From Malacoraja senta (lineage: Eukaryota): a DNA stretch of 64,000 nt. Positions 38,627 to 52,570 of this stretch are shown piece after piece. Made by a program: the position numbers and the translations under genes. Each line of letters begins with the position of its first letter. Position 1 is the first letter of the stretch. Under the pieces are notes generated by a model. It had not been told where the DNA came from and did not search any database. It saw nothing but the letters and a program-made list of their open reading frames with translations. The stretch spans positions 1,428,001-1,492,000 of the forward strand of contig CM075992.1 in the NCBI GenBank assembly GCA_038087875.1, written 5' to 3'.

Positions 38627-39420
38627 AACCATATAACCATAACAGCACGAAAACAGGCCATCTCGGCCCTTCAAGTCCGTGCCCAACATATTTTTAAATT
38701 TTTTTTAAATTAAAAATAAATACTTCCCCCTAGTCCCATCTACCTGCACTCAGACCATAACCCTCCATTCCTTTCCCGTCCATATACCCATCCAATCTAT
38801 TTTTAAAGGATAACATCAAACCTGCCTCCACCACTTCCACTGGAAGCTCATTCCACACAGCTACCACTCTCTGAGTAAAGAAGTTCCCCTTAATGTTCCC
38901 CCTAAACTTCTGTCCCTCAATTCTCAAGTCATGTCCCCTTGTTTGAATCTTCCCTACTCTCAATGGGAATAGCTTATCCACGTCAACTCTGTCTAACCCG
39001 CTCATAATTTTAAAGACCTCTATCAAGTCCCCTCTTAACCTTCTGCGCTCCAAAGAATAAAGACCTAACTTGTTCAACCTTTCTCTGTAACTTAGTTGCT
39101 GAAACCCAGGCAACATTCTAGTAAATCTCCTCTGTACTCTCTCTATTTTGTTGACATCCTTCCTATAATTAGGCGACCAAAATTGTACTCCATTCCCCAG
39201 AATTGACCTCACCAATGCCTTGTACAATTTTAACATTACATCCCAACTTCTATATTCAATGCTCTGATTTATAAAGGCCAGCACACCAAAAGCTTTCTTT
39301 ACCACCCTATCTACATGAGATTCCACCTTCAGGGAACTATGCACAGTTATTCCTAGATCCCTCTGTTCAACTGCATTCCTCAATTCGCTACCATTTACCG
39401 TGTAGGTGGATACCATTTAC
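38627..39420 (-). mobile_element. Young CR1 3' fragment inserted in an HE1 SINE (38607-38626, 39421-39700, +)
   Basis: ORF 38730..39416; 4-bp duplication AGTT. Confidence 0.93.
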
Positions 39421-40536
39421 AGTTGCTGCCTTGCTGCGCCAGAGACCCGGGTTCGATCCTGACTACGGGTGCTGTCTGTACGGAGTTTGCACGTTCTCCC
39501 CGTGACCTGCGTGGGTTTTCTCTGGGATCACCGGTTTCCTTCCACACTCCAAAGACGTGCAGGTCTGTAGGTTGATCGGCTTGGTATAATTGTACATTGT
39601 CCCTAGTGTGTGTAGGATGTGTTAGTGTGCGGGGATCGCTGGTCGGCGCGGACTCAGTGGTCCAAAACGCCTACTCTATCTCTAAACTAAATAAACTAAA
39701 GCAAACTCGTCAGATGAAGATCATCCTACATCACAAGAGCTGAATGCAAAAGGGACGCTGGCTCCATCCATACCTCTGGTGCTGTCTGCGTGGAGTTTGC
39801 ACGTTCTCCCGGTAACTGTGTGGGTGCCTTGCAGATGCTCTGGTTTCCTCCCACGTGCGGGAGGAATTAGTAAGTTAATAGCTCCGGTATTAATTGCTGC
39901 AAGTGTGTTGGCATGAGATGGAAGCTGGCTGGAGTTAAAAGGAAAGTAGGGCCAAAATTAGGCAAGTTAGTGGCAGAGGTGGTGAATCTGTGGAATTCTT
40001 CGCCACAGAAGGCTGCGGAGGTGGATATATTTAAGGCAGAGATAGATAGAGTCTTGATTGGTACGGGTGTCAGGGGTTATGGGGAGAAGGCAGGAGAACG
40101 GGGTTAGGAGGGAGAGATAGATCAGCCATGATTGAATGGCGGAGTAGACTTGATGGGCCGAATGGTCTAATTCTGCTCCTATCACTACTGACCTTATGAG
40201 GTAATGAAGTCGAGTTGATGGGCATGGGTGAGCGAGAATAAGTTGCAGAGGAACAACGAACAGCTTCTTCCCCACAGCCACCAGGCTGTGAAACACAATG
40301 AATAAGCGCTGAGCTCCGAACTGCAAAACACTATATTATTATTTATTATTTGCACTATGTTTGTTATTTATTAAACTTTTTTTTTTTCTTCTCTTGCCCC
40401 GTTATATACAATGTTTACATATTCACATATTCTGTCGTGCGTCTGGGACATATGACAATAACACTCTCTTGACTCTTGAGGAATATTGAGAGGGGGTTTG
40501 GGGACTGACGGGTTTGCCATGCTGGAACTGATGGGT

Positions 40537-40846
40537 CAATAGACAATAGACAATAGACAATGGGTGCAGGAGTAGAGGCCATTCGGCCCTTCGAGCCAGC
40601 ACCGCCATTCAATGTGATCATGGCTGATCATCCCCAATCAGTACCCCCCGTTCCTGCCTTCTCCCCATATCCCCTGACTCCGCTATCTTTAAGAGCCCTA
40701 TCTAGCTCTCTCTGGAAAGCATCCAGAGAACCTGCCTCCAGGCAGAGAATTCCACAGACTCACAACTCTCTGAGAGAAAAAAGTGTTTCCTCGTCTCCGT
40801 TCTAAATGGCCTACCCCTAATTCTAAAACTGTGGCCCCTGGTTCTG
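40537..40846 (-). mobile_element. CR1 3' end, (TCTATTG)n-tail subfamily
   Basis: CAATAGA x3, then rc of the CR1 3' UTR and ORF end. Confidence 0.85.
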
Positions 40847-41589
40847 GTCGAATGGCCTATGTCATTGGAAGTATAATAAGACGAGCAGGAGCTAAAATGT
40901 CACATATAGTTTTTGTCCCGAGATGCTGCCTGAACCTGTTGAGTTACTCCAGCACTTTGTGTTCTTCTGCGTCTTAACCAGCATCTGCAGTTCCCTTTAA
41001 TTCAGGAAACCAATAAGAACGCTCTTTCCTCTCTTTGCGAAAAGTTGTCACTTGATCCTCGGGCAGAGGTACGCAGAGAGACGGATCCCTTTGGCAGCGC
41101 AGAACTCCCTCAGCTCAGTCCAGGTGTCTGAACTGCAACCATTTGGAGCCTTTAGATCAGAGCGGGAAGAGTTGGGCTCGGAGCCACGACTGCGATTGAC
41201 CTTAAGAGCCAAACAATACATTAAGTCATACCTGAGTCAGGAATCTGTTAATTCTCATTACCCATTCAACTCCTGTGAAAGTCTAACACCTAAATATTTA
41301 ATATTTCCTGCAGCTCGCAGCGGAGGAAGATTTGTGGCTAACTGCCGTCTGCATAATTTATTTAATGGAAAAATTCTGATTTTCTCCAATTAATTTTTCA
41401 ACGATTGCAATAAATAATCCTTCATAGTTTTTTGGGAGCATTGGGGATTGGGTTAAGTACACTTTTCCATAAACATTATTATATTATCTGCATGCAAAGC
41501 TCTTTCCTTCCATTCATCCCGGGTGGAAGTTAGCCATGGAAAAGTTAAGAGAGGAACTCTTGACTTTATTAAGTGGCTTCTGGCGGGCG

Positions 41590-41886
41590 GAGGTAGAGTT
41601 GCTGCCTCACAGCGCCAGAGAGCCGTGTTCGATCCTGACCACAGTTGCTGTCTGTACGGAGTTTGCACGTTCTCCCCGTGACCCGGTGGGTTTTCCCCAG
41701 GAGCTCCGGTTTTATCCCACACTCCAAAGACGTGTAGTTTGTAGGTTAATTGGCTTTGGTAGAAATTGTAAATTGTCACTAGTGTGTGTAGGATTGTGCT
41801 AATGTACGGGGTTCGCTGGTCGGCGCGGACTCAATGGGCTGAAGGGCCAGTTTCCGCGCTGTCTCTCCAAAGTCTAAAGTCTAAAG
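41590..41886 (+). mobile_element. HE1-type SINE
   Basis: GGTAGAGTTGCTGCCTCACAGCGCCAGAG head and CR1-like tail. Confidence 0.85.
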
Positions 41887-42119
41887 ACCCATTTGGTTGA
41901 AGGCAGCCTCCCTCTGGAAACGTGGCCACTTTGGTATTGGTGTAAGGAGAGCCTGATATTGATCGATCAGAGAATCAGACCATCCAGCCAACAACGGGAG
42001 TCATAACAGCCATAACTGGGAGTCTCCTCTGACAACATTCCCAGATATCTCCTGACCCACAGGCAAGACCACAGGGAGACAGCCAGAGAAGGAGTGGGAT
42101 TTGAAATCCTCAATGTAGA

Positions 42120-42548
42120 AACAAACAACTGCAGATGCTGGTTAACACGCAAACAGACTCAGAGTGCTGGAGTAACTCAGCGGGTCAGGCAGCATCTGTG
42201 GAGAACATGGATAGGTGACGTTTCACAGAGTGCTGGAGTAACTCAGCGGGTCAGGCAGCATCTGTGGAGCGAAGGAAATGGGCAACCTTTCGGGCTGAAA
42301 CCCTGAAGGAAATAGGCAACGTTTCGGGCCGAAACCCGGAAGGGTTTCGGGCCGAAACGTTGCCTATTTCCTTCGCTCCATAGATGCTGCCGGAACATGG
42401 ATAGGTGACGTTTCACAGAGTGCTGGAGTAACTCAGCGGGTCAGGCAGCATCTGTGGAGAACATGGATAGGTGACGTTTCACAGAGTGCTGGAGTAACTC
42501 AGCGGGTCAGGCAGCATCTGTGGAGAACACGGACAGGTGACCTTTCAG
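42120..42548 (-). mobile_element. PLE relic containing the 66-bp tandem plus fold-back cassette
   Basis: Reverse complement of the 21-kb cassette, including the diagnostic GGAAATGGGCAACCTTTC. Confidence 0.8.
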
Positions 42549-43974
42549 TTGCCTGATAGTCTGACCACTGAATAGTCTGCCTCCTTTCTTGGCAAATGAA
42601 AATTCAAATGAGAAATGGTGACTTTGCAGCGAGGAAGTTGGGTGTAAGGTTGGTTTGTGAGTGTATAATTGAGCTATTTCCTGACTGTTTTTTCCTCATT
42701 GACGTCTACAAGGAGTAACTAAGAACAAGCTAATTTTGTGAACCGTGAATAATTTGAAAATCTAGAGAATAACTCTCTGAATATCGATTTTAATTAATCT
42801 CATGTTTATGTGCCAAACTAATAAGTCCGGAAAGTATATTTAGCTTGTCGCTGACTGGTTGGTGTCGACAGCAATCTACCAAAATTGCAATGTAATTTAA
42901 TAAATGCAATTAATTTTAGTAGTGATCCTATTTAATTAAATGATAAAAATCAATGCACACATAAATTTATTTCAGGTAAAGCAGTGTACACCTTGTCCTG
43001 AGCCAAGATCACACACAAAACCAATTCAATTTCCTATTGATTTCAACTTGCATCAGTCCTGTGTGATTGTGTTTAAGGTGGGATCTTTACTTGCTTTATA
43101 CGCACGATATTACTTGTGAAATTCCAACATTGGACATCATTTGGGGAGAGGAAGCAGTTTGTCAGAAGACAGACACAAAAAGCTTGGAGTAACTCAGCGG
43201 GACAGGCAGCATCTCTGGAGAGAAGGAATGGGTGGCGTTTCGGGTCGAGACCCTTCTTCGGACTCAACGTTGTGATGGCTTCAGCGTGATCAAGTGTGGA
43301 AACGCACAGCTCCGCATTCAGTTTCTTCCCAGCAACTGAACCATCCCACCATAACCAGAGAGTGGTCCTGAACTACTATCTACCTCATTGGTGACCCTTG
43401 TACTATCCTTGATCAGACTTTGCTGGCTTTACATAGATACATAGAAAATAGGTGCAGGAGTAGGCCATTCGGCCCTTCGAGCCTGCACCGCCATTCAATA
43501 TGATCATGGCTGATCATCCAACTTTGCCTTGCATTAAACTTTATTCCCTTATCATGTATCTACACACTGTAAACGGCTCGATTGTAATCATGTCTTGTCT
43601 TCCCGCTTGACTGGTTAGCTCGCAACAAAAAGCTTTTCACCGTACCTCGGTCCACGTGACAATAAATTAAATTGTAAACAGTCGATGATTCAGGGAGACG
43701 AGGTGGTCTTGGGTGAGGGACAAAAGGGGAGCAGACGCAACGTAAAATTACCCAAGTTTCACTGTCATCCTGTTGAGTTTCACTGTCTGTATAACTCGTT
43801 ACCACCTACCCCACAGCCAACAATGGACCATTGTGGGCTCTATCTCTCCCTGATCATCTTTGTTTTTTTGCATCTTAATGGTTCAATGGTACTTTGTTGT
43901 CAGAAGAAACCGATAAATAGTTAAATTCTTTTTGCAGACAGTTCAGTGGATGTGTTACTATACATCAGTACAAG

Positions 43975-44263
43975 TTTATTTTCAGTTTAGAGATACAGCG
44001 CGGAAACAGGCATTTCTTGAGCCTGCGGCCCCCCGTACATCAACACTATCCCACACCCACTAGGGACAATTTTACATTTACACCAAGCCAATTAACCCAG
44101 ATACCTGCACGTCTTTGGAGTGTGGGAGGAAGCCGAAGAATTTTGGTAGAAAACCCGCGCGGGTCACGGGGAGAAACTCCGTACAGACGGCGCCCGTAGT
44201 CGGGATGGAACCCGAGTCTCTGGCGCTGTGAGGCAGCAACTCTACCGCTGCGCCACCGTGCCG
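43975..44263 (-). mobile_element. HE1-type SINE
   Basis: Head, core and tail on the minus strand. Confidence 0.88.
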
Positions 44264-44309
44264 CACTAATCATAGATTAAGTGCAAGAGTGTAGGAATAG
44301 GACACTGAG

Positions 44310-46618
44310 ACGATATGGAAGAGTGCCCGAGCAGAGGAAACAATATTTTGGATCATTGTTACACTAACATCACTGGCGCGTACCGTGCCTTTCCTCGTGC
44401 TCCATTGGGCAAATCAGATCATGTAATGCTGCTGCTCATCCCCGCATACAAACAAAAACTGAAATCCATCAAGCCCAAAACAATAACCGTTAAGTCCTGG
44501 TCAGAGGATGCCATCGAAACGTTAAGGGGATGTTTTGAATGTACTGACTGGGACCTCTTCCTCGACGCATCCGGCAACAACATCGACGTGTACACTGACG
44601 TGGTGACGTCATACGTCCGCTACTGTGAAGAACTGTGCGTCCCCTACAAAACTCTCACAATACCCAGTAATGGAAAACCCTGGTTCAACAAGGATATACA
44701 ACTTCTTCGCAAAAAGAAAAATGCAGCCTACACCAATGGAAACATTGATCAATACAAAATAGCAAAATATGAACTCAGGTCTGCAATACGGAAGGCAAAA
44801 TTAGCTTATTCAAAGAAATTGGAACAACAATTCAAAACTCAGAATTCAAGAGAAGTCTGGAAAAATCTACAGAAGATGACGGACTACAAAAAACGTCCTG
44901 TTCCCATCTCAGATGAGGATCCGGACTTACCGGAAAAATTGAACACTTTTTATGCACGCTTTGATAATGTCACCCCGCCATCCATGCCTCCCCCCCCCAC
45001 CTAACTCAGCACCATTCACCATCTCTGAGGAGGTGGTGAGGGCGGCCTTCAAAAATCTTAATAAAAGAAAAGCGGCAGGGCCAGACGACCTCAGCCCCGC
45101 TGCTCTCAACCACTGTGCAACTCAGCTGGCTCCTGTGCTCACCTCCATCTTTAACACTTCCCTCAGCCAATGTAGAGTCCCGCAGTGTTTTAAAGCATCC
45201 ATTATCATCCCTGTGCCCAAGTCCTCCAAGGTGAGCTGTCTGAACGATTTTAGACCTGTTGCACTAACATCAGTTGCCATGAAGGCCTTTGAGCACATAG
45301 TCCTCACCCATCTGAAAACATACACTGTCCCCATCATGGACCCTTTTCAATTTGCATACAGCGCCAACCGGTCTGTGGAGGATGCTATCAACCTAGCTCT
45401 TCACTACTCCCTACATCATTTGGAATCACCGAACACTTATGCACGCATCCTGTTTATAGATTTTAGCTTGGCCTTTAATACTATACACCCAATTAAACTC
45501 TACAATAAACTGTTGGACATGGGCATTCACCTAGCCATGTGCCATTGGATTCTGCACTTTCTGACAAACAGACAACAAAGAGTCAAGGTGGGTGAAAAAC
45601 TCTCCAGCCCTCTGACTCTCAACACAGGAGCCCCTCAAGGGTGTGTTCTGTCACCTCAGCTCTTCTCACTTTACACCAACAACCTCACATCCCAATACAG
45701 CTCAGTTAAAATTTTCAAATATGCAGACGACACGACAATAATTGGCGTCATCTCAGACAACAATGAATCACAATACCATCAAACAGTGGACAGCGCAGTC
45801 AAATGGTGCGCAGAAAACAACCTCCAGCTTAACACCTCAAAAACCTTAGAAACCATCATAGATTTCAGACGCAAACAAAACCTCAAACCCCGCGGTCCAT
45901 GTCAACTCCCATCCCATAACCTCCACGAACTTATTTAAGTTTCTGGGCACCTATATCTGCAATAATCTAAAATGGCACATCAATGCTGACCACATCATTA
46001 AGAAAGGACAACAACGCCTACACTTCCTCAGACAGCTCAAGAAGTTCAGAGTCCACAAACACCTCTTGGTACGCTTCTATCAATCCATCATTGAAAGCAT
46101 CATCACTTCCTCAATCACAGTCTGGTACGGAAACACTGACAGTCATTCACTACACAGAATACAGCGCATTGTCTCCAAGGCCTCTAGGATCATCAACTCT
46201 CCCCTCCCCTCAATCCATTCCATTTACCTCCAACGTACCTCAAAACGGGCAACAAAGATCATCTCGGACCCCTCCCATCCAGCAAACCACCTTTTCCAGT
46301 CTCTCCCTTCAGGGAGGCGCCTTAGGTCACTTGCTACAAAATCCACCCGTTTTAAAAACAGTTTCTTCCCCTCAGCAATAAGAACACTTAATTCCCTCCA
46401 ATAACTTTTTGACTTTGATGTATACAGTGTCTTGTCTATGGTTTTTGTCTGTTCTTTTGCACTATGTATTGTTGGTGAGATTTGTGATGTGTGATGTGCT
46501 TTATTATTATTGTTGTTAGTGTTAATGTGCTAAAGCAGTACCATCATGTACCGAACCCAATTACCACCAACCCTGGTCGTGTGGCAAATAAAGTTTCTAT
46601 TCTATTCTATTCTATTCT
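44310..46618 (+). pseudogene. 5'-truncated Rex1/Babar-like LINE (end of APE, linker, RT), two frameshifts
   Basis: ORFs 44315..45004 (SRGNNILDHCYTN, LGKSDH), 44952..45938 ([22 protein letters not shown]) and 46066..46404; tail AATAAAG(TTCTA)n. Confidence 0.93.
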
Positions 46619-46651
46619 TTGGCCTCATTTCCAAGTCCAACCAGAGTTCTT

Positions 46652-46977
46652 TTTTTTTAATTTTTTTTTTTAAATATTTTATTTTATTAGAAGTAAGTAC
46701 AATTGTATACAATCATATTTTCATAATACCTTTTATGTACAGCTTCTTATTTAAAAAAAAATTGAAATAAAGAAGAAAAAGAAAAAAGTTAGATAATGAA
46801 AAATAGAAAAATGTGAGATATATAGTGTGTGAAAAAGAAAAATAAAGAGTGAAAAAAGAAAGTTGAGACATAGAAAATAGAAGAAAGAGAATAAAAGAAG
46901 AGAAGAGAAGAAAAGAAAATAGAAGTAAGGAGATCATTTATAATCTTGACTATCCCCAGTCACGGATTAGCTTTTAC
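46652..46977 (-). mobile_element. L1-type 3' UTR insertion
   Basis: AATAAA plus poly(A) on the minus strand; 12-bp TSD ACCAGAGTTCTT (46640-46651, 46978-46989); TT/AAGA-type nick site. Confidence 0.8.
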
Positions 46978-47199
46978 ACCAGAGTTCTTAACCTGGCCAT
47001 GAAGGCCCATGTTCTTCGGGAACTCTGCTTCAGACCGATTGTAGGGATGGTGGGGGGACAAAAGCTGGAAGAGAGGAAAGGCAGTACAATGGGTAGCAGG
47101 TAACAGGTGGACACAGGTGAGAGGGGGAGAGATGGGGGTGATGAGCAGATGGTTGGAACAAAGGCTGGGGGTTAAAGTAGAAGGTGTGAGACAGAGATA

Positions 47200-47725
47200 G
47201 ACAGATTCTTGGTGTCAGGGCTATGGGGAGAAGGCAGGAGAATGGGGTTAGGAGGGAGAGATAGATCAGCCATGATTGAATGGCGGAGTAGACTTGATGG
47301 GCCGAATGGCCTAATTCTGCTCCTATCAACTATGACATAGAAACATAGAAACATAGAAAATAGGTGCAGGAGGAGGCCATTCGGCCCTTCGAGCCAGCAC
47401 CACCATTCATTGTGATCATGGCTGATCGTCCCCTATCAATAACCCGTGCCTGCCTTCTCCCCATATCCCTTGACTCGACTAGCCCCTAGAGCTCTATCTA
47501 ACTCTTTTAAATCCATCCAGTGACTTGGCCTCCACTGCCCTCTGTGGCAGGGAATTCCACAAATTCACAACTCTCTGGGTGAAAACGTTTTTTTCTCGCC
47601 TCAGTCTTAAATGGCCTCCCCTTTATTCCAAGACTGTGTGTGGCCCCTGGTTCTGGACTCGCCCAACATTGGGAAACATTTTTCCTGCATCTAGCTTGTC
47701 CAGTCCTTTTATAATTTTATATGTT
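47200..47725. mobile_element. Tail-to-tail CR1 3' ends
   Basis: + 3' UTR 47200-47335 meets the ACATAGAA tail of a minus-strand copy. Confidence 0.85.
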
Positions 47726-48697
47726 TGACCTATGAGACAGACAGAATTGGAGAGTTGCAAATTGTGTAGGGAGAGGAAGGAATGTAGGAGGGGGGGGGTG
47801 GAGAGAAATCGGTGGGACGACATGACTTCATCTGCTGCTTTTCTTCCATTAGACCAAGGGTGCAGGGTGACGACTCATCTCCTGTCCTGAGCCGACTCCG
47901 TCTCCGCAGAGCTACTGGGCAGGAGTTCTCCGGTCGCCACCGGCTTGTGCAGTGTGCACTGAAGCACCTTCACAACACAACACGCACCCAATAATAAGGC
48001 CATCATTCCCAATTAGACAGTCACCTCCTTAGTCTCAACATTCGGCGTGTTCTAAGACCATCTGACTGTATTTTTCTTTTCCGATTTCTATAAGGCTTGC
48101 CACTTATGACAATTAAAGTAATGATTTTGCTCTTTCAAGAGGAAAACCTTTAATTGAACATGGCTTTGTAAAAATCCATCTCTACTTTAAAACCTGCAGG
48201 GCAAACTACTGGGTGGAAATAAAGCCTAGACTGTCTAATTAAATGTCACACTCTGCAGATTTAAACTAGCTGAACATGGTCATTATCTTCCTATCTAGTG
48301 CTGCATTTGGTGGAGTGTGCCATCATGTAACCCCAGTCAAACTGAAGTCAACCGTGGTCAGGGGGGAGGGGGGGGGGGGCGGCTCCAATAGTTCGCACAA
48401 GGGAAGGTGTTGGTGATCTTCAGAGAACACTGTAGATTCTCTCCAGAGCAGTGTCCAAGACTTAACCCACTTCAGAGGTTCAAGCAGCATCCTTGTTGAA
48501 CATGGATGGGTGATATTTCGGGTCAGGAACCTTCTTCAGTCTGAAGGAGAAGGGTCTCAACCCCAAAAACGCCACCCATCTTTTTTCTCCAGAGATGCTG
48601 CCTGACCCGATGAGTTACTCCAGCACTGGGGGTACCTATCTTCGGTATAAGACAGCATCTGCAGTTCCTTCCTACGCATTAACATTCCTAACACATC

Positions 48698-48940
48698 CCA
48701 CCCAGAGAGTTGTGAATTTGTGGAATTCCCTGCCACAGAGGGCGGTGGAGGCCAAGTCACTGGATGGATTTAAGAGAGAGTTAGATAGAGCTCTAGGGGC
48801 TAGTGGAGTCAAGGGATATGGGGAGAAGGCAGGCACGGGTTATTGATTGGGGACGATCAGCCATGATCGCAATGAATGGCGGTGCTGGCTCGAAGGGCCG
48901 ATTGGCCTCCTCCTGCACCTATGTTTCTATGTTTCTATGT
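48698..48940 (+). mobile_element. CR1 3' end
   Basis: QRVVNLWNSLPQRAVEA... and (TTCTATGT) tail. Confidence 0.88.
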
Positions 48941-49176
48941 AACTCTCTTTGCAACCTGTCTGTCACCTTCCTTCCAGCTGACAACAGATGAGGGGACGTT
49001 CGATGGTACAAAGGTATTTTATTGTCCCATGTACTGAGCGATGCTGTGAAATTCATGTCTGTATAATTCAACAATAAGTATGAATGAACAAATTAATGAA
49101 CAAATGAATGAAAATGTTTATTGACCAAGTAAGTACACATACAAGGAATTTGCCTTGGTGCTCCGCTCGCAAGTAA

Positions 49177-49528
49177 AGGGCCCGTCCCACTGTACGAGGT
49201 AATTCAAGATTTCTCCCGAGTTTTCCCCCGATTCGAACTCGGAGATTGTCCGTAGCTGGTCCGTAGGAGTTCGAGGACGGTTCGTACGAGTAAAAAGTAA
49301 CCATTCTTTTCATCACGAGTATTTTTTTTACTGGTGGACATTTTTCACAGTGTTGAAAAACCCCCACGAGTTTACCGGATGTCCCGGGTACCTACACGTT
49401 ACTCGTACGAGCCGCTACGAGACATCCACGAACTCCTACGGACCAGCTACGGACATTCTCCGAGTTCGAATCAGGGGAAAACCCGGGAGAAATCTTGAAT
49501 TATCTCGTACAGTGGGACAGGGGGCCCT
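49177..49528. mobile_element. PIF/Harbinger-like MITE
   Basis: TIRs GTCCCACTGTACGAG(G/A)TAATTCAAGATTTCTCCCG; inserted at a host TAA within a LINE-like 3' end. Confidence 0.8.
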
Positions 49529-50679
49529 GACCAACACGACATACAGTAGACAATTAAGAATAAAACATAAAACAATTAGAACATTACGAATAAAACATTA
49601 CAGTTTAAACATGTGAAATAAATAAAATACCAGGGCAAAAGGAGGCTACAGACGTTTGGTTATTGAGTAGAACTACTGCTCGTGGGGAAACAAACTGTTT
49701 TTATGTCTGGTTGTGCATAAGGATAGTCTGAGGGTCACCAATGAGGTAGATAGTAGTTCAGCACTGCTCTAAAGGCCCTTCAGCCCACAATGTCAGTGTT
49801 GACCATGGTGCCATGTTAAACTAACCCCATCTGCCTTCACAAGATTATCCGCTGAATTCCATGGATGAATTCCATCCACTGCTTGCCCATGTGCCATCTC
49901 TTAAACGTCTGAAGAAGGGTCTCGACACGAAACGTCACCCATCCCTTCTCTCCAGAGACGCTGCCTGTCCCGCTGAGTTACTCCAGCATTTTGTGTCTGT
50001 CTTCGATGTAAACCAGCAGCTGCAGTTTTTTCCTACACATCTCTTAAACACCATTATCCTGTCTACCTCCACCACCTCACCCTCCAGCGCGTTCCAGGCA
50101 CCCACCCATGTCTACAGAACATTCCCATCTCCCACATTTACTGCTCTTCTGAGCAACATTATAAGCCTTTGCTTCAGATCTGATAGCATCTTTAACTTCT
50201 TTTGTTCTGCATGGTTGGACTACCTGTTCACTTTTTGTGCCTTAAGGGGATATATATCTGTTGTAAACCTTCTACTAATGCTTTAAATGTTACCTATTGT
50301 TTGCTTACAGTGAATCCATCTACTGTAGTTTCTTGGCCTTGTGCTTTGTGCCTCCATAGTTAAGATTTGTTAAGATTTAAGATCCTGGTTTGAGATGCGT
50401 TTTAAGGTCATGGTATCATAGAGTGATACAGAGTGGAAACAGGCCCATCTTGCCCACACTGACCAGCAGGTCCCACCTACACCAGTCCCATCTGCCTACT
50501 TTTGGCTCATATCCCTCAAAACCTGTCCTATCCATGTACCTGTCTAAATGTTTCTTCAAAATTGCGATAGTCCCTGCCTCAACTATCTCCTCCATACACC
50601 CATGTTCCATACACCCAACACCCTTGGTGTATCTCTCAACTTCCTATTAAATCTTTCCACCCTCACCTTAAATCTATGT

Positions 50680-51020
50680 TTTCAAGAGAGTTAGATTTAG
50701 CTCTTAGGGCTAAGGGAATCAAGGGATATGGGGGAAAATGCCGGAACGGGGGTACTGATTGTGAATGATCAGCCATGATCACATTGAATGGCGGTGCTGG
50801 CTGGAAGGGCCGAATGGCCTACTCCTGCACCTATTGTCTATGTTTAGAAACATAGAAACATAGAAATTAGGTGCAGGAGTAGGCCATTCGGCCCTTCGAG
50901 CCTGCACCGCCATTCAATATGATCATGGCTGATCATCCAACTCAGTATCCCATCCCTGCCTTCTCTCCATACTACTCTGATCCCTTTAGCCACAAGGGCC
51001 ACATCTAACTCCCTCTTAAA
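50680..51020. mobile_element. Tail-to-tail CR1 3' ends forming an inverted repeat
   Basis: + copy 50680-50845, - copy 50845-51020. Confidence 0.85.
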
Positions 51021-51235
51021 AATGTTTCTATGTCCTCTGGTTCTTAATTTCCCCCAACTCTGGTCAAAAGACACGGTGCGTTTACCCGATCTATTCCTCT
51101 CATAATTTTGTACACCTCTATAAGATCTCCCCTCATCATCTTGTGCTCCAATAGAGACCCAGCCTACTCCCCCTCTCCCCATAGCCCAGTCTCCCGAGTC
51201 CTGGCAACATCCTGGTAAATCTCTGAACCCTCCAA

Positions 51236-51655
51236 GGTAGACAAAATTGCTGGAGAAACTCAGCGGGTGCGGCAGCATCTATGGAGCGAAGGAAATAGGC
51301 AACGTTTCGGGCCGTAACCCGGAAGGGTTTCGGCCCGAAACGTTGCCTATTTCCAGAAGGGTTTCGGGCCCGAAACGTTGCCTATTTCCAGAAGGGTTTC
51401 GGGCCCGAAACGTTGCCTATTTCCAGAAGGGTTTCGGGCCCGAAACGTTGCCTAATTCCAGAAGGGTTTCGGGCCCGAAACGTTGCCTATTTCCTTCAGG
51501 GTTTCGGCCCGAAACGTTGCCTATTTCCAGAAGGGTTTCGGCCCGAAACGTTGCCTATTTCCCTCGCTCCATAGATGCTGCCTCACCCGCTGAGTTTCTC
51601 CAGCAATTTTGTCTACCTTCGATTCTCCAGCATCTGCAGTTCCTTCTCGAGCAAC
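51236..51655 (+). mobile_element. PLE fold-back cassette with an internal 34-35-bp tandem array
   Basis: Perfect 15-bp TSD CTCTGAACCCTCCAA (51221-51235, 51656-51670); repeats of CCAGAAGGGTTTCG(G)GCCCGAAACGTTGCCTATTT. Confidence 0.88.
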
Positions 51656-52285
51656 CTCTGAACCCTCCAAGCTTGACAACATCTTTCCTATGACATGAAC
51701 TGAATTAATTTCAATTTTGACATCCTACCACAACCAGAGATCAGTGTTGAACTACTATCTACCTCATTGGTGACCCTCGGACTATCCTTGATCGGACCTT
51801 ACTGGCTTTACCTTGCACTGAATGTTATTCCCTTACCATGTATCTGTACACTGTAAACGGCTCGATTGTAATCATGTATTGTCTTTCCGCTGACTGGTTA
51901 GCACGCAACAGAAGCTTTTCACTGTACCTCGGTACACGTGACAATAAACTAAACTGAACTGATGTTCTCCTATATGATGGACATGTTTCCCTCAAGGCCG
52001 CTTAACGACATGGTTATTAATGAATCTGATTTCCTTGTGTAACACTGGATGTAAAGGAGCCTGGTTCTCATTAGTTCCCCAATGTACTGATCTAGTAAAC
52101 CGTCCCTTAACCATTCTGCACATTCCTCTTCCACACTACTGCTGTTAATTTGGCTCCGATCGTCTATATATAAATTTAAAATCTCCCCTGATTACTGTAT
52201 TACACTTGTTATGTGTGTCGCTGATTGTCTGATTTATTCAGCGACCTACATTATGGTTTTATTTATTTATTTATTGTTCCGAAGG

Positions 52286-52570
52286 TGGGGCAGCGGTAGA
52301 GTTGCCGCCTCACAGCGCCAGAGACCCGGGTTCGATCCCGACTGTACGGAGTCTGTACGTTCTCCCCGTGACCTGCGTGGGATTTCTCCGAGATCTTCCA
52401 TATCCTCCCACACTCCAAAGACGTACAGGTGTGTAGGTTGATTGGCTTGGTGTGTGTGTAAAATGTCCTTAGTGTGTGTAGGATGGTGTTAATGTGCGGG
52501 GATCGCTGGTCAGCGCGGACCCGGTGGGCCGAAGGGTTTGTTTCCACACTGTATCTCCAAATTAAACTAA
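52286..52570 (+). mobile_element. HE1-type SINE
   Basis: Head, core and tail; followed by inverted PLE ends at 52570-52790. Confidence 0.85.
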
